A DNA stretch of 64,000 nucleotides from Nitrospinota bacterium (GCA_038108555.1 JAYNIA010000005.1:1-64000), one strand, 5' to 3'; counted from the stretch's first letter, positions 17,814-27,773 are shown. The notes: generated by a model not told the origin, from the letters alone. Numbers and translations: made by a program.

Positions 17814-18197
17814 TTATTTTTCAAAGTCTTCCCTTTTGTAACCAAAAAGAACATAGTATTCCTCGATCCGTTTACGTGAGCGTTCTTTCCAATATTCCCT
17901 GCCTTCCATTTCAAAATACTTTTCCGCCTTCAGCATATGCTTTAAAGCCTTGAAGTTATTGCCCTTCACTTCATAAACAAGGGCAAGATAGAAATGGGTA
18001 TTTGCATGTTCCTTGTCATAACGCAGTGATTTTTTGAATTCGGCAATGGCCTTGTCATTGTTTCCATTTAAATGATGCATGGCCCCACGCTCAAAATGTT
18101 TATGCGCCAAATCAGCCTGCGCCTCTACATTGGATGAGAAACAAAATCCGGCCAAAAAGATACCAGCACAAACCTTCAGCAAACCGTTTGCATTCAC
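17814..18197 (-). CDS. Exported TPR protein
   Basis: Signal peptide ending VEA; TPR-like HFERG..KAIAEFKKSL, THFYLALVY. Confidence 0.82.
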   Translation of the reverse strand: MNANGLLKVCAGIFLAGFCFSSNVEAQADLAHKHFERGAMHHLNGNNDKAIAEFKKSLRYDKEHANTHFYLALVYEVKGNNFKALKHMLKAEKYFEMEGREYWKERSRKRIEEYYVLFGYKREDFEK

Positions 18198-18311
18198 CTT
18201 TCCTCCTTTTACAAGGCGCTTCAGTTTTAACAGTACTTTTATTTTAGCAATATTTTTTTCAACACAATAATCTATAATAGGATTCTTGAGAAATTTTTAA
18301 ATATCTGCCAA

Positions 18312-19265
18312 ATGAATAATAAAACCTTACCTGTAACATTGCTGTCAGGGTTCCTCGGCTCCGGGAAAACGACCCTTCTCAATTATATCTTAAAGCAAAA
18401 TCACGGTAAGCGGATCGCAGTTATTGAAAACGAGTTTGGGGAAATAGGAATAGATTCGGAATTCGTTATTGGAGCGGACCGGGATATTTTTGAAATGAGT
18501 AATGGCTGTATCTGCTGTTCCATACGCGGCGATCTGATTGAAACCTTGAACCGTTTACTGGAAAAGCAACAAGCTTTTGACCACATCATTATTGAAAGCA
18601 CCGGACTGGCCAGCTCCGGCCCGGTCGCTCAGGCATTTCTTGTTGAAGATGAGCTATCACGCTCACTGGTTTTGGACGGCATTATTACACTCGTTGACTC
18701 AAAGCATATATTGGAAACTCTCAAAGAACAGGAAGTAGCCACGGAGCAAATCGCTTTTTCAAACGTTATTTTGATTAACAAAACTGACCTGGTAACTGAA
18801 GCCGATTTGGCGAATCTTGAAAAAAAAATAAAAGAAATAAATCCGACAGCAAACATTTACCGGACTTGTTATGGTGAAATGGATTTGGATAAAATTTTAG
18901 GAATCGGAGGTTTTGATTTAAATAAAGTACCCGATGAAATGGCCTCTTCCTCACATCACCATGATTTGGAAGATGGCATCTCGTCGGTGTCTTTGACTTT
19001 TCCGGGCTTTGTTGATCCCGCTCGACTGAACTATTGGCTGCAAATGTTATTTTTAGCTGAGGGCATGAATGTCTTCCGTGGAAAAGGAATACTGAATGTT
19101 GAAAACTCCACCAATCGCTACGTGTTTCAATCGGTTTTCATGATGTTTGATGGGCGATTTGACAAACCCTGGGGTGAAGAAAAGCAAGAAAATAAAATGG
19201 TCTTTATCGGACAGAATCTGGACCCGCAAAGGCTTGAAACCAGCCTGAAAAATGCAATAACCTAG
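18312..19265 (+). CDS. CobW/COG0523 family metallochaperone GTPase
   Basis: GFLGSGKTT, NEFGE, GCICC, ESTG, NKTD, short His stretch, CobW_C-like C-terminus. Confidence 0.93.
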   Translation: MNNKTLPVTLLSGFLGSGKTTLLNYILKQNHGKRIAVIENEFGEIGIDSEFVIGADRDIFEMSNGCICCSIRGDLIETLNRLLEKQQAFDHIIIESTGLASSGPVAQAFLVEDELSRSLVLDGIITLVDSKHILETLKEQEVATEQIAFSNVILINKTDLVTEADLANLEKKIKEINPTANIYRTCYGEMDLDKILGIGGFDLNKVPDEMASSSHHHDLEDGISSVSLTFPGFVDPARLNYWLQMLFLAEGMNVFRGKGILNVENSTNRYVFQSVFMMFDGRFDKPWGEEKQENKMVFIGQNLDPQRLETSLKNAIT

Positions 19266-19302
19266 ACATGGAAAATAAAATTCTCTAACACTGAAATTTC
19301 TT

Positions 19303-20013
19303 ATGTCTGAAGATTCCCGAGGAAAAAAAGACGATTCGAATGAAGTCGAATTAAGTGAAGAGGAACTGAAGGAGGTTCAACGACTCAAGGCCAAGGCTCA
19401 GGCTGAAAAAAAGAAGGTTTTGGATTCGAAAGATAATCTTTATGGCGCGATCCTGGCCGATTTGGATTTGACAGAGCTGAATCTTGAAAATGCAAATATG
19501 GCTAAAGCAAATCTCAGCAATGCAAACCTGAGCCAAACCAACCTCAGTAATGCGAACCTCATAGAAGCAGATTTAACTGGGGCCGATTTATCCAATGCGG
19601 ATCTCCACGATGCCTACTCCCCGGATGCGGAATGGGTTGCGGCCAATCTTACTGGAGCCGATTTAAGATGGGCGGATTTCAGCTGGTCAACCCTCAGCGA
19701 AGCTAATTTTACAGACGCCGATCTGGAGCAAGCAGACTTCTCGGAAACAACCCTAGTAGCATCAAATTTCACCAAAGCCAATCTTTCCGGTGTCAATTTT
19801 GAAAATGCAAATTTAATGGATGCGAGACTCAATGGGACCGACCTGTCAGAATCATTGAACCTGAGTCCTGAGCAAATTGAATCAGCCGAGTTGGATCGTG
19901 CGACTCAATTGCCCCCCTATCTTGAAATAAACTGGAAAGGCAAAGGGGAATACGAGGTAACCAAAAAAATTCAGAAGAAAACCAAACGAAAAAAGGCAAA
20001 GAAAAAATCCTAA
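19303..20013 (+). CDS. Pentapeptide repeat protein
   Basis: Long A[DN][LF]xx tandem array; Lys-rich tail. Confidence 0.92.
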   Translation: MSEDSRGKKDDSNEVELSEEELKEVQRLKAKAQAEKKKVLDSKDNLYGAILADLDLTELNLENANMAKANLSNANLSQTNLSNANLIEADLTGADLSNADLHDAYSPDAEWVAANLTGADLRWADFSWSTLSEANFTDADLEQADFSETTLVASNFTKANLSGVNFENANLMDARLNGTDLSESLNLSPEQIESAELDRATQLPPYLEINWKGKGEYEVTKKIQKKTKRKKAKKKS

Positions 20014-20022
20014 AAAATATCC

Positions 20023-20205
20023 TCAGGAAGGATTGGCTTCGAAGCGGATCACTTCATATTCAGATGCTTCATAACTTATTTCGATAGGCCGACAACAAAT
20101 TTCGCAATCTTCGATGTAGTTTTGCGTGGGGACAGACAAGTCTATCAAAACAGAAATCTTTTGCGCACAATACGGACAAACAAAAAACTGCTCATGCTGA
20201 TCCAA
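20023..20205 (-). CDS. CPXCG-motif cysteine-rich protein
   Basis: CPYCAQ...YIEDCEICCRPI; SD GGAGG before TTG. Confidence 0.85.
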   Translation of the reverse strand: MDQHEQFFVCPYCAQKISVLIDLSVPTQNYIEDCEICCRPIEISYEASEYEVIRFEANPS

Positions 20206-20240
20206 TTTCTTCCTCCACCTTTAACCGAAATCTCCGCTTT

Positions 20241-20708
20241 ATGCCCCACAATTTAAATATCGTTTTGGTTGAGCCTGAAATTCCCATGAATACGGGAACC
20301 ATTGGCAGGCTTTGCCTTGCAACAGAAGCTACCCTCCATCTTGTAGAACCTCTTGGTTTCGAAATGGACGATTCAAGATTAAAACGGGCGGGCCTGGATT
20401 ATTGGAAACATGTAAAGGTAGAAACTTACCCCAGCCTTGAAAAATTTTTTCAACAAATTCCACCCGATGCATCGAAAATATTTTTTTCAACCAAGGGGAA
20501 AAAGGAATTTTTCGAACACTCCTTCCAGAAAAATTCCTATCTGTTTTTTGGCAGCGAGACGCGGGGCCTGCCGAAAAGCTTGTTGCACGCCCATCCAAAT
20601 ATTACCTACCGGATACCCCAGTATGACGACCGGATTCGTTCCATTAATCTTGCAAATGCCGTAGGAATTGCCGTTTACGAAGCCATCCGCCAATTGGGTT
20701 ATAAGTAG
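20241..20708 (+). CDS. trmL: tRNA (cytidine/uridine-34 2'-O)-methyltransferase
   Basis: PEIPMNTGTIGRLC, RAGLDYW, FGSETRGLP, RSINLA. Confidence 0.95.
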   Translation: MPHNLNIVLVEPEIPMNTGTIGRLCLATEATLHLVEPLGFEMDDSRLKRAGLDYWKHVKVETYPSLEKFFQQIPPDASKIFFSTKGKKEFFEHSFQKNSYLFFGSETRGLPKSLLHAHPNITYRIPQYDDRIRSINLANAVGIAVYEAIRQLGYK

Positions 20709-20731
20709 CTCCCGCGCAAGCGGCCAAAAAA

Positions 20732-21094
20732 TTACTCAAACTCTTTTTCCCCGGGTTTGAATCCAAATTTCCTGTAGAAATCTTTTAGTAACCTGCGGGA
20801 TTCCATTTTATTTACCGAGTCATCCCTTTCACCAAAAAGGTTTCCGGCTTTAAGGATATGCCGGATTGCTTTTTCTCCTTCTCCGAGGCTTTCGTAAAGA
20901 ACCCCCAGGTTAAAATGGGCCTCTGCCGAGTTGGAATGAATTTTAATTGTTTCCTCAAACTCTTTAACTGCTTCGCGGGTTTTTCCAGCTTTGTCATAGG
21001 CAGCGCCAAGATTGAAATGTGCAGCTGGATCGTTGGGATTTAAACTCAGCTCTGCTTTTCTTTGTTTTACTTCCTTACTTTCAAAAAATCCCAT
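20732..21094 (-). CDS. TPR protein
   Basis: PNDPAAHFNLGAAY; NSAEAHFNLGVLY. Confidence 0.88.
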   Translation of the reverse strand: MGFFESKEVKQRKAELSLNPNDPAAHFNLGAAYDKAGKTREAVKEFEETIKIHSNSAEAHFNLGVLYESLGEGEKAIRHILKAGNLFGERDDSVNKMESRRLLKDFYRKFGFKPGEKEFE

Positions 21095-21096
21095 TT

Positions 21097-21453
21097 TTAT
21101 AAGCCCATATCCCCCAACTCATCTTCCTCAAACAACTCCATTAATGATTCTCTTGAGTCACTTTGAATTTGTTGTTGTTCGGTCCGATCGATATAATTGT
21201 TGACCCGCTTCAATTGCTCCTGGGAAATATTACAAAAGTTCAACCTTTCCATGACCGATTCTTTGCCAAGATAATCTAATAGCTTGCCAATGGAATTATG
21301 CAGAAAAGGTGTCAGGACCGATTCAACTCCTTCAAAATCCACTTCGACAGATCTTCCTTCTTTAAGCTCTGGATAAATCTGCTCGAAAAATTCCCGTCCA
21401 TCATCAATGGAGGAGCAGTTAACGCCAATGGTTGAAACCAGTTTAATTCTCAT
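21097..21453 (-). CDS. STAS-like domain protein (DUF4325-like)
   Basis: DDG..FFEQI...VEVDFEGVESVLTPFLHNSIGKL pattern. Confidence 0.75.
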   Translation of the reverse strand: MRIKLVSTIGVNCSSIDDGREFFEQIYPELKEGRSVEVDFEGVESVLTPFLHNSIGKLLDYLGKESVMERLNFCNISQEQLKRVNNYIDRTEQQQIQSDSRESLMELFEEDELGDMGL

Positions 21454-21648
21454 AAATTATAATTTTTCTTAAGGTTACGAATGTACTGCCTATAATACCC
21501 CGACCCCTGCCAATAAAATCTGATTTATTCCAATTTCATGGCTTTTTTCCAGATATCCATGCAGGTTCCGTGCAATTACCATTTAATTCCCCTAAAATCT
21601 TCCGATAAGTTGTTATAATTTAGGGATATATAACAACCAATTTTTCAA

Positions 21649-23280
21649 ATGCCAATTTCTGCGAATTTCTTTAGATTGCACACCGCAAATCTTCGGTCCC
21701 ATTTAATCCGAAGTTCTTTTCTTTTAGCCTGTCTATTTCTTCAAATATTTTGCTTTCCCCATAATATTGCGGCACAAATTGCTGATTCTTTCCAATTTGA
21801 TGCATCAGTTAACGAAGAAGTTTTACGCGACCAGGAAATTCTTCGCGAACAAATGCGGTTGAACCAGGAAATCCTCCGTGAAGAGATGGAGAAAATCCGG
21901 GTCGAGACGCAAAAAATCATGAAAGATATTTCCCTCGCAATGAAAGAGGAAGCCGTCAAACTAAAAGAGTAATTGGAAAAACTGCAGGAAGAGACAAGTC
22001 GGATAAACAAGGAAATAGTCGAAAGCCTGGAAGAGGCAAAAGCTGACTTTTCTGAGGGTCGTGAAGATATGCGCAAAGAACTCGAAAATATGCGGAAGGA
22101 AGCAAAAAGCCTGGGCAAAGAAATTTCTGTTGTACTTGAGGACCAGAAAGAAATATGGAAAGAGGAAACCGTCAATCTTCAGGATTCCTTAATGGAAGCA
22201 AAAGCCGAACTTGCAGCTGCTCAGGCGGATTCCGGTGAAATTCTTGAATCCAGCCGTGCCGCCTATCGGGAATTTCAGGTCGACAAAGTTGTAACCATGA
22301 ATGATTCAAAGGACAAATCTGGAAAGGCTATGGCTCAGGCCGAAGATACTCTTCAAAGAAGCACCAAGGATTACAAAAAAGCATCTGAAAGAACCGCCGC
22401 TGAAATTCTGGCTCAGATGAAAAATGCAAAAGACTCGTTGAAAAGACGGCAAGCTATTTCCCGGCAAGAGGCTGCTAATACCAATAGAGAACTCCTGGCA
22501 TCGGTACAAAAAGACAAACTCAGTCGAAATGCCGAATTGCGGACCAGCAGATTACAAACCGGTGCAGACCTTAAAAAAGCAAGGCAATTTGGTCAGGCAG
22601 CTTCCGCAGAATCCCGCCAGGCAGCGCTTCGAAGAGCAGATACCCAAGCCTCACAGAAAAGCAGGCTCGGGAAAACAGCTGAGGTGGGTGGTGATGAAGG
22701 AACCGGAGAATTTGGTGACAGAGCCCTTGATGCCCGCGGTGCCTTGGAATCTTTTGAAGATCAGTCCGATCCCAACAGAAGGAGAAGAGGCGGCGGATTT
22801 GCAGGTGAAGAGGACGGAACTAATGCGCCATTATCTTTGGAGGAACAAAAGAAAAGGCTGTTTGAGTTTGGCAACCGAATCAAAATACTAAAAAAACAAA
22901 TTGAAGCAAAAAGCGGTAATGCCGCACCCGAGCTCATCGAATTAGGGAATGAATACCTGGGGGCCCAGCGCTTCATAGATTCACGTGACGACATTGAAAA
23001 ACTGGCTCTCCTAAAATTTGCAAACGAAGAAGCCCTGCCCCTGGGCAGTTATGAGCAGGCAGCCTGGGCATTCAAAATTGCCTTGAGGTTCAACAATAAG
23101 GGTGACACTCATTTAACCATTGGCAAAATCTATGATGAAATTAATGACGGGAAAAACGCAATTATGTACGCAAAATTAGCGCATTTGGTGTTCAGGCAAA
23201 AGAGAAATTCAGCTAAAATTAAAGAAGCTGAAAGTTTTATTGAGTCCTTATCAAAAAAATATGGAGACAAGACCTCCTGA
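21649..23280 (+). pseudogene. Exported coiled-coil protein with C-terminal TPR, interrupted by in-frame TAA at 21970-21972
   Basis: ORFs 21649..21972 and 21973..23280 share a frame; helical E/K pattern continues across ...AVKLKE*LEKLQEE... Confidence 0.7.
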
Positions 23281-23352
23281 ATAAGGTTAAATGAATAAAT
23301 AGCTTTCGTTAAAAAGATTTTTTGACCAATTCAAATGCAATAGAGGTGGTTC

Positions 23353-23856
23353 TTGGAAAAAAACCCGATCGAAGAATTTATTGAGCGTCTTCCTTTTTTT
23401 AGAGAATTTTCAGATTCTGAAAGGCTCAAACTGGTCAACACTCCGGGTATATTTGAAAAATTCAAAACGGATGAAACGATAATTGCCGAAGGCGACATGG
23501 ATGCTGCTGTTTATGTCATCCTTACAGGGACCATAAAAATCAAAAAAAAACCAAAGGTTAATGTGAAAGAGAATCACATTTCCTTACATGACCCTGAAGA
23601 AATCACCATCGCAGAATTAAAAGCCGGGTCCATATTTGGTGAAATTTCCCTGATTAGCAAGCACCCTAGAAATACGAGTGCCATTGCCTCTTCCCCGCAG
23701 GTCGTGGTTATGAAGATTACCAATGAAGTCATTGAAAAATTTCATTTGGCCATCCAAAAGAAATTTTAATCACAACTGGTACATATACTGGTTCAACGGC
23801 TTGATGACATGAACGAAAAATTTATCAAACTGAAATCCAGCATGCCCAAAGTTTAA
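23353..23856 (+). pseudogene. Cyclic nucleotide-binding domain protein interrupted by in-frame TAA at 23767-23769
   Basis: LPFFREFS, IIAEGD, FGEISL...PRNTSA; reading through the stop gives the expected C-helix SQLVHILVQRLDDMNEKF, ending at TAA 23856. Confidence 0.75.
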
Positions 23857-23906
23857 AAAATGAAACTATCCCTTTCCTTTAATCTTAATTTTTTCCTTCT
23901 AGATTT

Positions 23907-25205
23907 GTGAAACAAGATCCGGGCCCCTTCACTTATTCTCAATCTTCCTCCAAAAAAGCAATTCTGGTCGGAGTGAATCTGCCTGACGAACCAACCTCAT
24001 CCAAAATTTCATTAGACGAACTCAAGGGTCTTTCTGTCACGGCAGAATATGAACCGGTCGCAGAATTGACCCAACGACTGGTGGAAATAAATCCTAAAAC
24101 ATTTTTGGGGAGCGGAAAAGTAGAGGAACTCAAGCAAGCCGTGCTCCAACACTCCCCTGAGGTGGTGGTGTTTGATGAAGAGTTGACACCGCGGCAAAAC
24201 AGGGAATTAGAAAAAATTATGAAATGCCGTGTGATAGACCGGCCCTGGCTGATTCTTGAAATTTTCAGCCACCATGCCCGCACCCGCGAAGCAAAAACCC
24301 AGGTAGAGCTTGCCCGGTTGAAATATGCCCTTCCGAGACTGACCAAAATGTGGGGCCATCTTTCCAGACAAAGAGGGGGTATAGGAATGAAAGATGTGGG
24401 CGAAACCCAGATTCAGTTGGACAAAAGAATGATCCGCAATGACATACACAAACTGGAAAAAAAGCTAAAACAAATTGATCGGGAAAAAAAGACACAGAGA
24501 AAAAGTCGTAGAGGAATATTCAAAGTCGCATTGGTGGGCTACACCAATGTTGGCAAGTCGAGCCTAATGAACAAACTTACCGGTGCGGAAACACTGGTCG
24601 AAAATAAATTGTTTGCAACCCTTGATGCCACAGTAAGAAAGATCAAAAAGAATTTCCCCTATCCCGTTTTACTGTCTGACACGGTAGGTTTGATCAACAA
24701 ATTACCGCACGATCTGGTTGCATCCTTCAAAAGTACTTTGGACGAGGTTCGCGATGCCGACTTGCTGATCCATGTTGTAGACATAAGCCACCCCGAGTAT
24801 CGCGATCAAATTCAAACCACGGATGACCTTTTGGTTCAAATGGGAATGGATGAAATAGAAGTAATTCTTGTTTTCAACAAAACAGATTCGGTGGAGGACA
24901 TTGAAGATTTAGAGAGGGCTCAGGAAAAATTCCCCTCTGCAATATGCATTTCCTGTAAAAAAGATGAAGGGATAGATTCCTTAAGAAAAAAAATAGTTTA
25001 TCAATACGAAAAAAAGCTGGCTCCTTTTCAATTGATTCTGGAACATTCCCAAGCGGGCCTTGTTTCCCAAATAAGAAAGTTTGCCCTGGTCGTCAAAGAA
25101 GATTACAAAGCGGATCGGTTGTGCCTCAGCCTGAGACTACCCCCCGGCGGCAAAGCTAAATTGGATCATTTGTTATCCGAACAAAAAATCCTCGCAAACG
25201 GCTAA
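23907..25205 (+). CDS. hflX: GTPase HflX
   Basis: GETQIQLDKR, GYTNVGKSS, LFATLD, DTVG, NKTD. Confidence 0.96.
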   Translation: MKQDPGPFTYSQSSSKKAILVGVNLPDEPTSSKISLDELKGLSVTAEYEPVAELTQRLVEINPKTFLGSGKVEELKQAVLQHSPEVVVFDEELTPRQNRELEKIMKCRVIDRPWLILEIFSHHARTREAKTQVELARLKYALPRLTKMWGHLSRQRGGIGMKDVGETQIQLDKRMIRNDIHKLEKKLKQIDREKKTQRKSRRGIFKVALVGYTNVGKSSLMNKLTGAETLVENKLFATLDATVRKIKKNFPYPVLLSDTVGLINKLPHDLVASFKSTLDEVRDADLLIHVVDISHPEYRDQIQTTDDLLVQMGMDEIEVILVFNKTDSVEDIEDLERAQEKFPSAICISCKKDEGIDSLRKKIVYQYEKKLAPFQLILEHSQAGLVSQIRKFALVVKEDYKADRLCLSLRLPPGGKAKLDHLLSEQKILANG

Positions 25206-25207
25206 AT

Positions 25208-25519
25208 CTATTTTTTTACGAGCTCAAGTGCGATATACAAACCCTTGTCAGTGACGGTATATTTTCCGTTAACCCCGTCTTTCTTCTTCAGTTTTTCAAG
25301 CGTATTCAATCCATCAGGTTGTGTCTCGTCGGTGATAACAACGGTGAAGCGTTTTTTAGTTGCAGGGTCTTTAATTGCCACCTTGTTTTTCTTTTTGATT
25401 ATTTTTTTCACCACGCCGGAAAATAGAACCTCATCTCCCGCAGATGCAACGGTGACCGAAAGAAAAAAACACAAAACAACCATTGTAATGGCAAATCTTA
25501 ATCGGCTAACCATTTCCAT
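25208..25519 (-). CDS. Small exported beta-rich hypothetical protein
   Basis: Signal peptide ending ASA; basic beta-strand pattern; SD GGAGG. Confidence 0.75.
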   Translation of the reverse strand: MEMVSRLRFAITMVVLCFFLSVTVASAGDEVLFSGVVKKIIKKKNKVAIKDPATKKRFTVVITDETQPDGLNTLEKLKKKDGVNGKYTVTDKGLYIALELVKK

Positions 25520-25560
25520 TTTACCCTCCTGTTGAATTCAACCTTTGCCATAAGATGGTA

Positions 25561-27729
25561 TTATAGGATGATAAGATTTGCCATATTCGCCGCCAGCTTC
25601 TTTTTCCCATGCGGACCCTTGAAAAACACCTCCAGTTTCAGGTCTTCTTCACTGCCGGATCGATTGATCACAATTCCCGAACCAAATTTTGGATGCAATA
25701 CTTTGGTCCCAATTGAATATTCCACCGCAGATTCAGCCTCAACAGCAAAAGAGGAGTTCGAACTGCCCGAAAACGGCAAAGACGTATCGGTTTGAAATTC
25801 CTGAAAACCAGATTCTCTAACGATCACCTCATCCGGAATGGAATGCAAGAATTCTGATGGAGGGTAGTTGAAGGTATTTCCATATATCCTTCGCCGTCTG
25901 GCGTGGGAAACAAACAATCTTTTTTTTGCGCGCGTAAAGCCCACATAGCAGAGCCTTCTTTCTTCTTCATATTCCGCAGAATCTGACATGGAACTGGCAT
26001 GAGGCAAAAGCCCATTTTCCATCCCCACCACAAACACCACAGCAAACTCCAGACCTTTACATGTATGCAATGTCATTAAAGGCAGAACCCCTCTTTCATC
26101 ATCCAGGTTGTCCAGATCCGCAACCAAGGCGGTGGAGTCTAAAAACTCGCGCAACGAACTATTTTCGTTTTCCACCAACTGTTCAACAGCCGAATACAAT
26201 TCGTTCAAGTTTTCAAGTCTTCCCTTACTTTCACGTGTATCCTCATTTTTCAGCATGGTGGCATAACCTGAACAATCGATCACTTCCGTCAACAGTTCCA
26301 ATGCATTGGATTGTCGACAAACCGAATCCAAATGGTCCATGATCCCAATGAAGTTCTCAATTTTTTTGGTAGCTGCGGCACCCAGCAATCCCCCTTTACC
26401 GGCTCGACGAAGACCTTCGAAAAAAGAAATTTCATTTTGCTGGCAAAACACATCCACTTTCTCCAGGGAAGTTTTTCCTATTCCCCGCGCAGGAACATTA
26501 ACAATGCGCTTTAGTGAAACCGAGTCATCCGGGTTCAGCAAAACCCGCATATAGGCAAGTACATCTTTTATCTCTTTTCTTTCATAGAACCGGAGTCCCC
26601 CAATGACCTGATAAGGTATTTCTGCCCTGCGCAAAACATCTTCCATAACCCGGGACTGGGCATTGGTTCTGTATAACACCGCCATTTCATTCAAAGAGTA
26701 TCCCTCTTCCTGGCATAAGGATTGGATGCGCCTACAAACAAACTCCGCTTCGCGGGTCTCATCTTCCGCCTTGTGGCAAAGTACCGGCTCGCCTTTTTCG
26801 TTTTGGGTCCACAACGTCTTTTCGTTACGGTTCATGTTTTCTCGAACCACATTCCCGGCTGCACTCAATATACTTTGAGTAGAGCGATAGTTTTCTTCTA
26901 GTTTAATAACGGTGGTACCGGGATAATCATTTTCAAATTTTAGAATATTTTCAATATTGGCACCTCTCCATCGGTAAATGCTTTGGTCGTCATCACCCAC
27001 CACACACACATTATTTAAATCTCTGGAAAGCAATCGCACCAACTCGTACTGAACTTCATTCGTATCCTGAAATTCATCCACTAAAATATATTGAAATTTT
27101 TTATCATAATGTTCACGGAGTGAAGGAACCTGCTGCAACAATTTTGCGGTAGACGTTAATAGATCGTCAAAATCCAATGCATTATTGGACTTCAGCGTTC
27201 CCTGATAAACAGGATAAAGTTCTGCCGCCTTCATTTGGTTACCGTAGGACAATGTGTCCAAATCAATTTGTTCTGGAAGAATGAAATCATTTTTAAATCC
27301 GCTAATGTGATTCAATATCGATTTCGGCGGAAATGCATCTTTACTTATTTGAGCTGCTTTCATACATTGTTTGATCAGGGTCAATTGATCTTGTGCGTCA
27401 TAAACCGCAAAATCATTTGTAAACCCCAATTCCGAGATATGCCTTCGCAACATCCTCAAACAAAAAGAATGAAAAGTACTGACCCATGGAGTGCCTTCAT
27501 CCGGACCCAACATATTCCGGATTCGGTCTTTCATTTCTCCTGCCGCCTTGTTGGTAAAGGTGATGGCTAAAACTCCTTCGGGATCGACTCCCACTTCACG
27601 TATCAAATGGGCAATGCGGTAGGTAATTACACGCGTTTTTCCAGAACCCGCACCGGCCACGACCATTAGGGGGCCTTCCCTATGGACCACGGCTTGATGT
27701 TGTTGAGGATTTAAAGATTCAAGATTCAT
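25561..27729 (-). CDS. pcrA: ATP-dependent DNA helicase UvrD/PcrA
   Basis: AGAGSGKT, TFTNKAA, VDEFQD, GDDDQSIY, NYRST, EERRLCYVGFTRA, C-terminal HPKFG domain. Confidence 0.95.
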   Translation of the reverse strand: MNLESLNPQQHQAVVHREGPLMVVAGAGSGKTRVITYRIAHLIREVGVDPEGVLAITFTNKAAGEMKDRIRNMLGPDEGTPWVSTFHSFCLRMLRRHISELGFTNDFAVYDAQDQLTLIKQCMKAAQISKDAFPPKSILNHISGFKNDFILPEQIDLDTLSYGNQMKAAELYPVYQGTLKSNNALDFDDLLTSTAKLLQQVPSLREHYDKKFQYILVDEFQDTNEVQYELVRLLSRDLNNVCVVGDDDQSIYRWRGANIENILKFENDYPGTTVIKLEENYRSTQSILSAAGNVVRENMNRNEKTLWTQNEKGEPVLCHKAEDETREAEFVCRRIQSLCQEEGYSLNEMAVLYRTNAQSRVMEDVLRRAEIPYQVIGGLRFYERKEIKDVLAYMRVLLNPDDSVSLKRIVNVPARGIGKTSLEKVDVFCQQNEISFFEGLRRAGKGGLLGAAATKKIENFIGIMDHLDSVCRQSNALELLTEVIDCSGYATMLKNEDTRESKGRLENLNELYSAVEQLVENENSSLREFLDSTALVADLDNLDDERGVLPLMTLHTCKGLEFAVVFVVGMENGLLPHASSMSDSAEYEEERRLCYVGFTRAKKRLFVSHARRRRIYGNTFNYPPSEFLHSIPDEVIVRESGFQEFQTDTSLPFSGSSNSSFAVEAESAVEYSIGTKVLHPKFGSGIVINRSGSEEDLKLEVFFKGPHGKKKLAANMANLIIL

Positions 27730-27773
27730 AAATTATCAGGAAGGAAAACCGGAGTGGATACTTAAATTGATCT

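Noticed and set aside
19440..19860. Nucleotide periodicity suggesting a repeat array or CRISPR
   Set aside because: Explained by 15-nt pentapeptide coding repeats; no identical repeats with spacers and no cas genes.
21970..23769. TAA reassignment or programmed readthrough explaining two in-frame stops
   Set aside because: TAA is the normal stop of many intact genes here (cspA, tuf, rpmJ, rpoC) and prfA has canonical PxT and GGQ motifs; point mutation or error is simpler.
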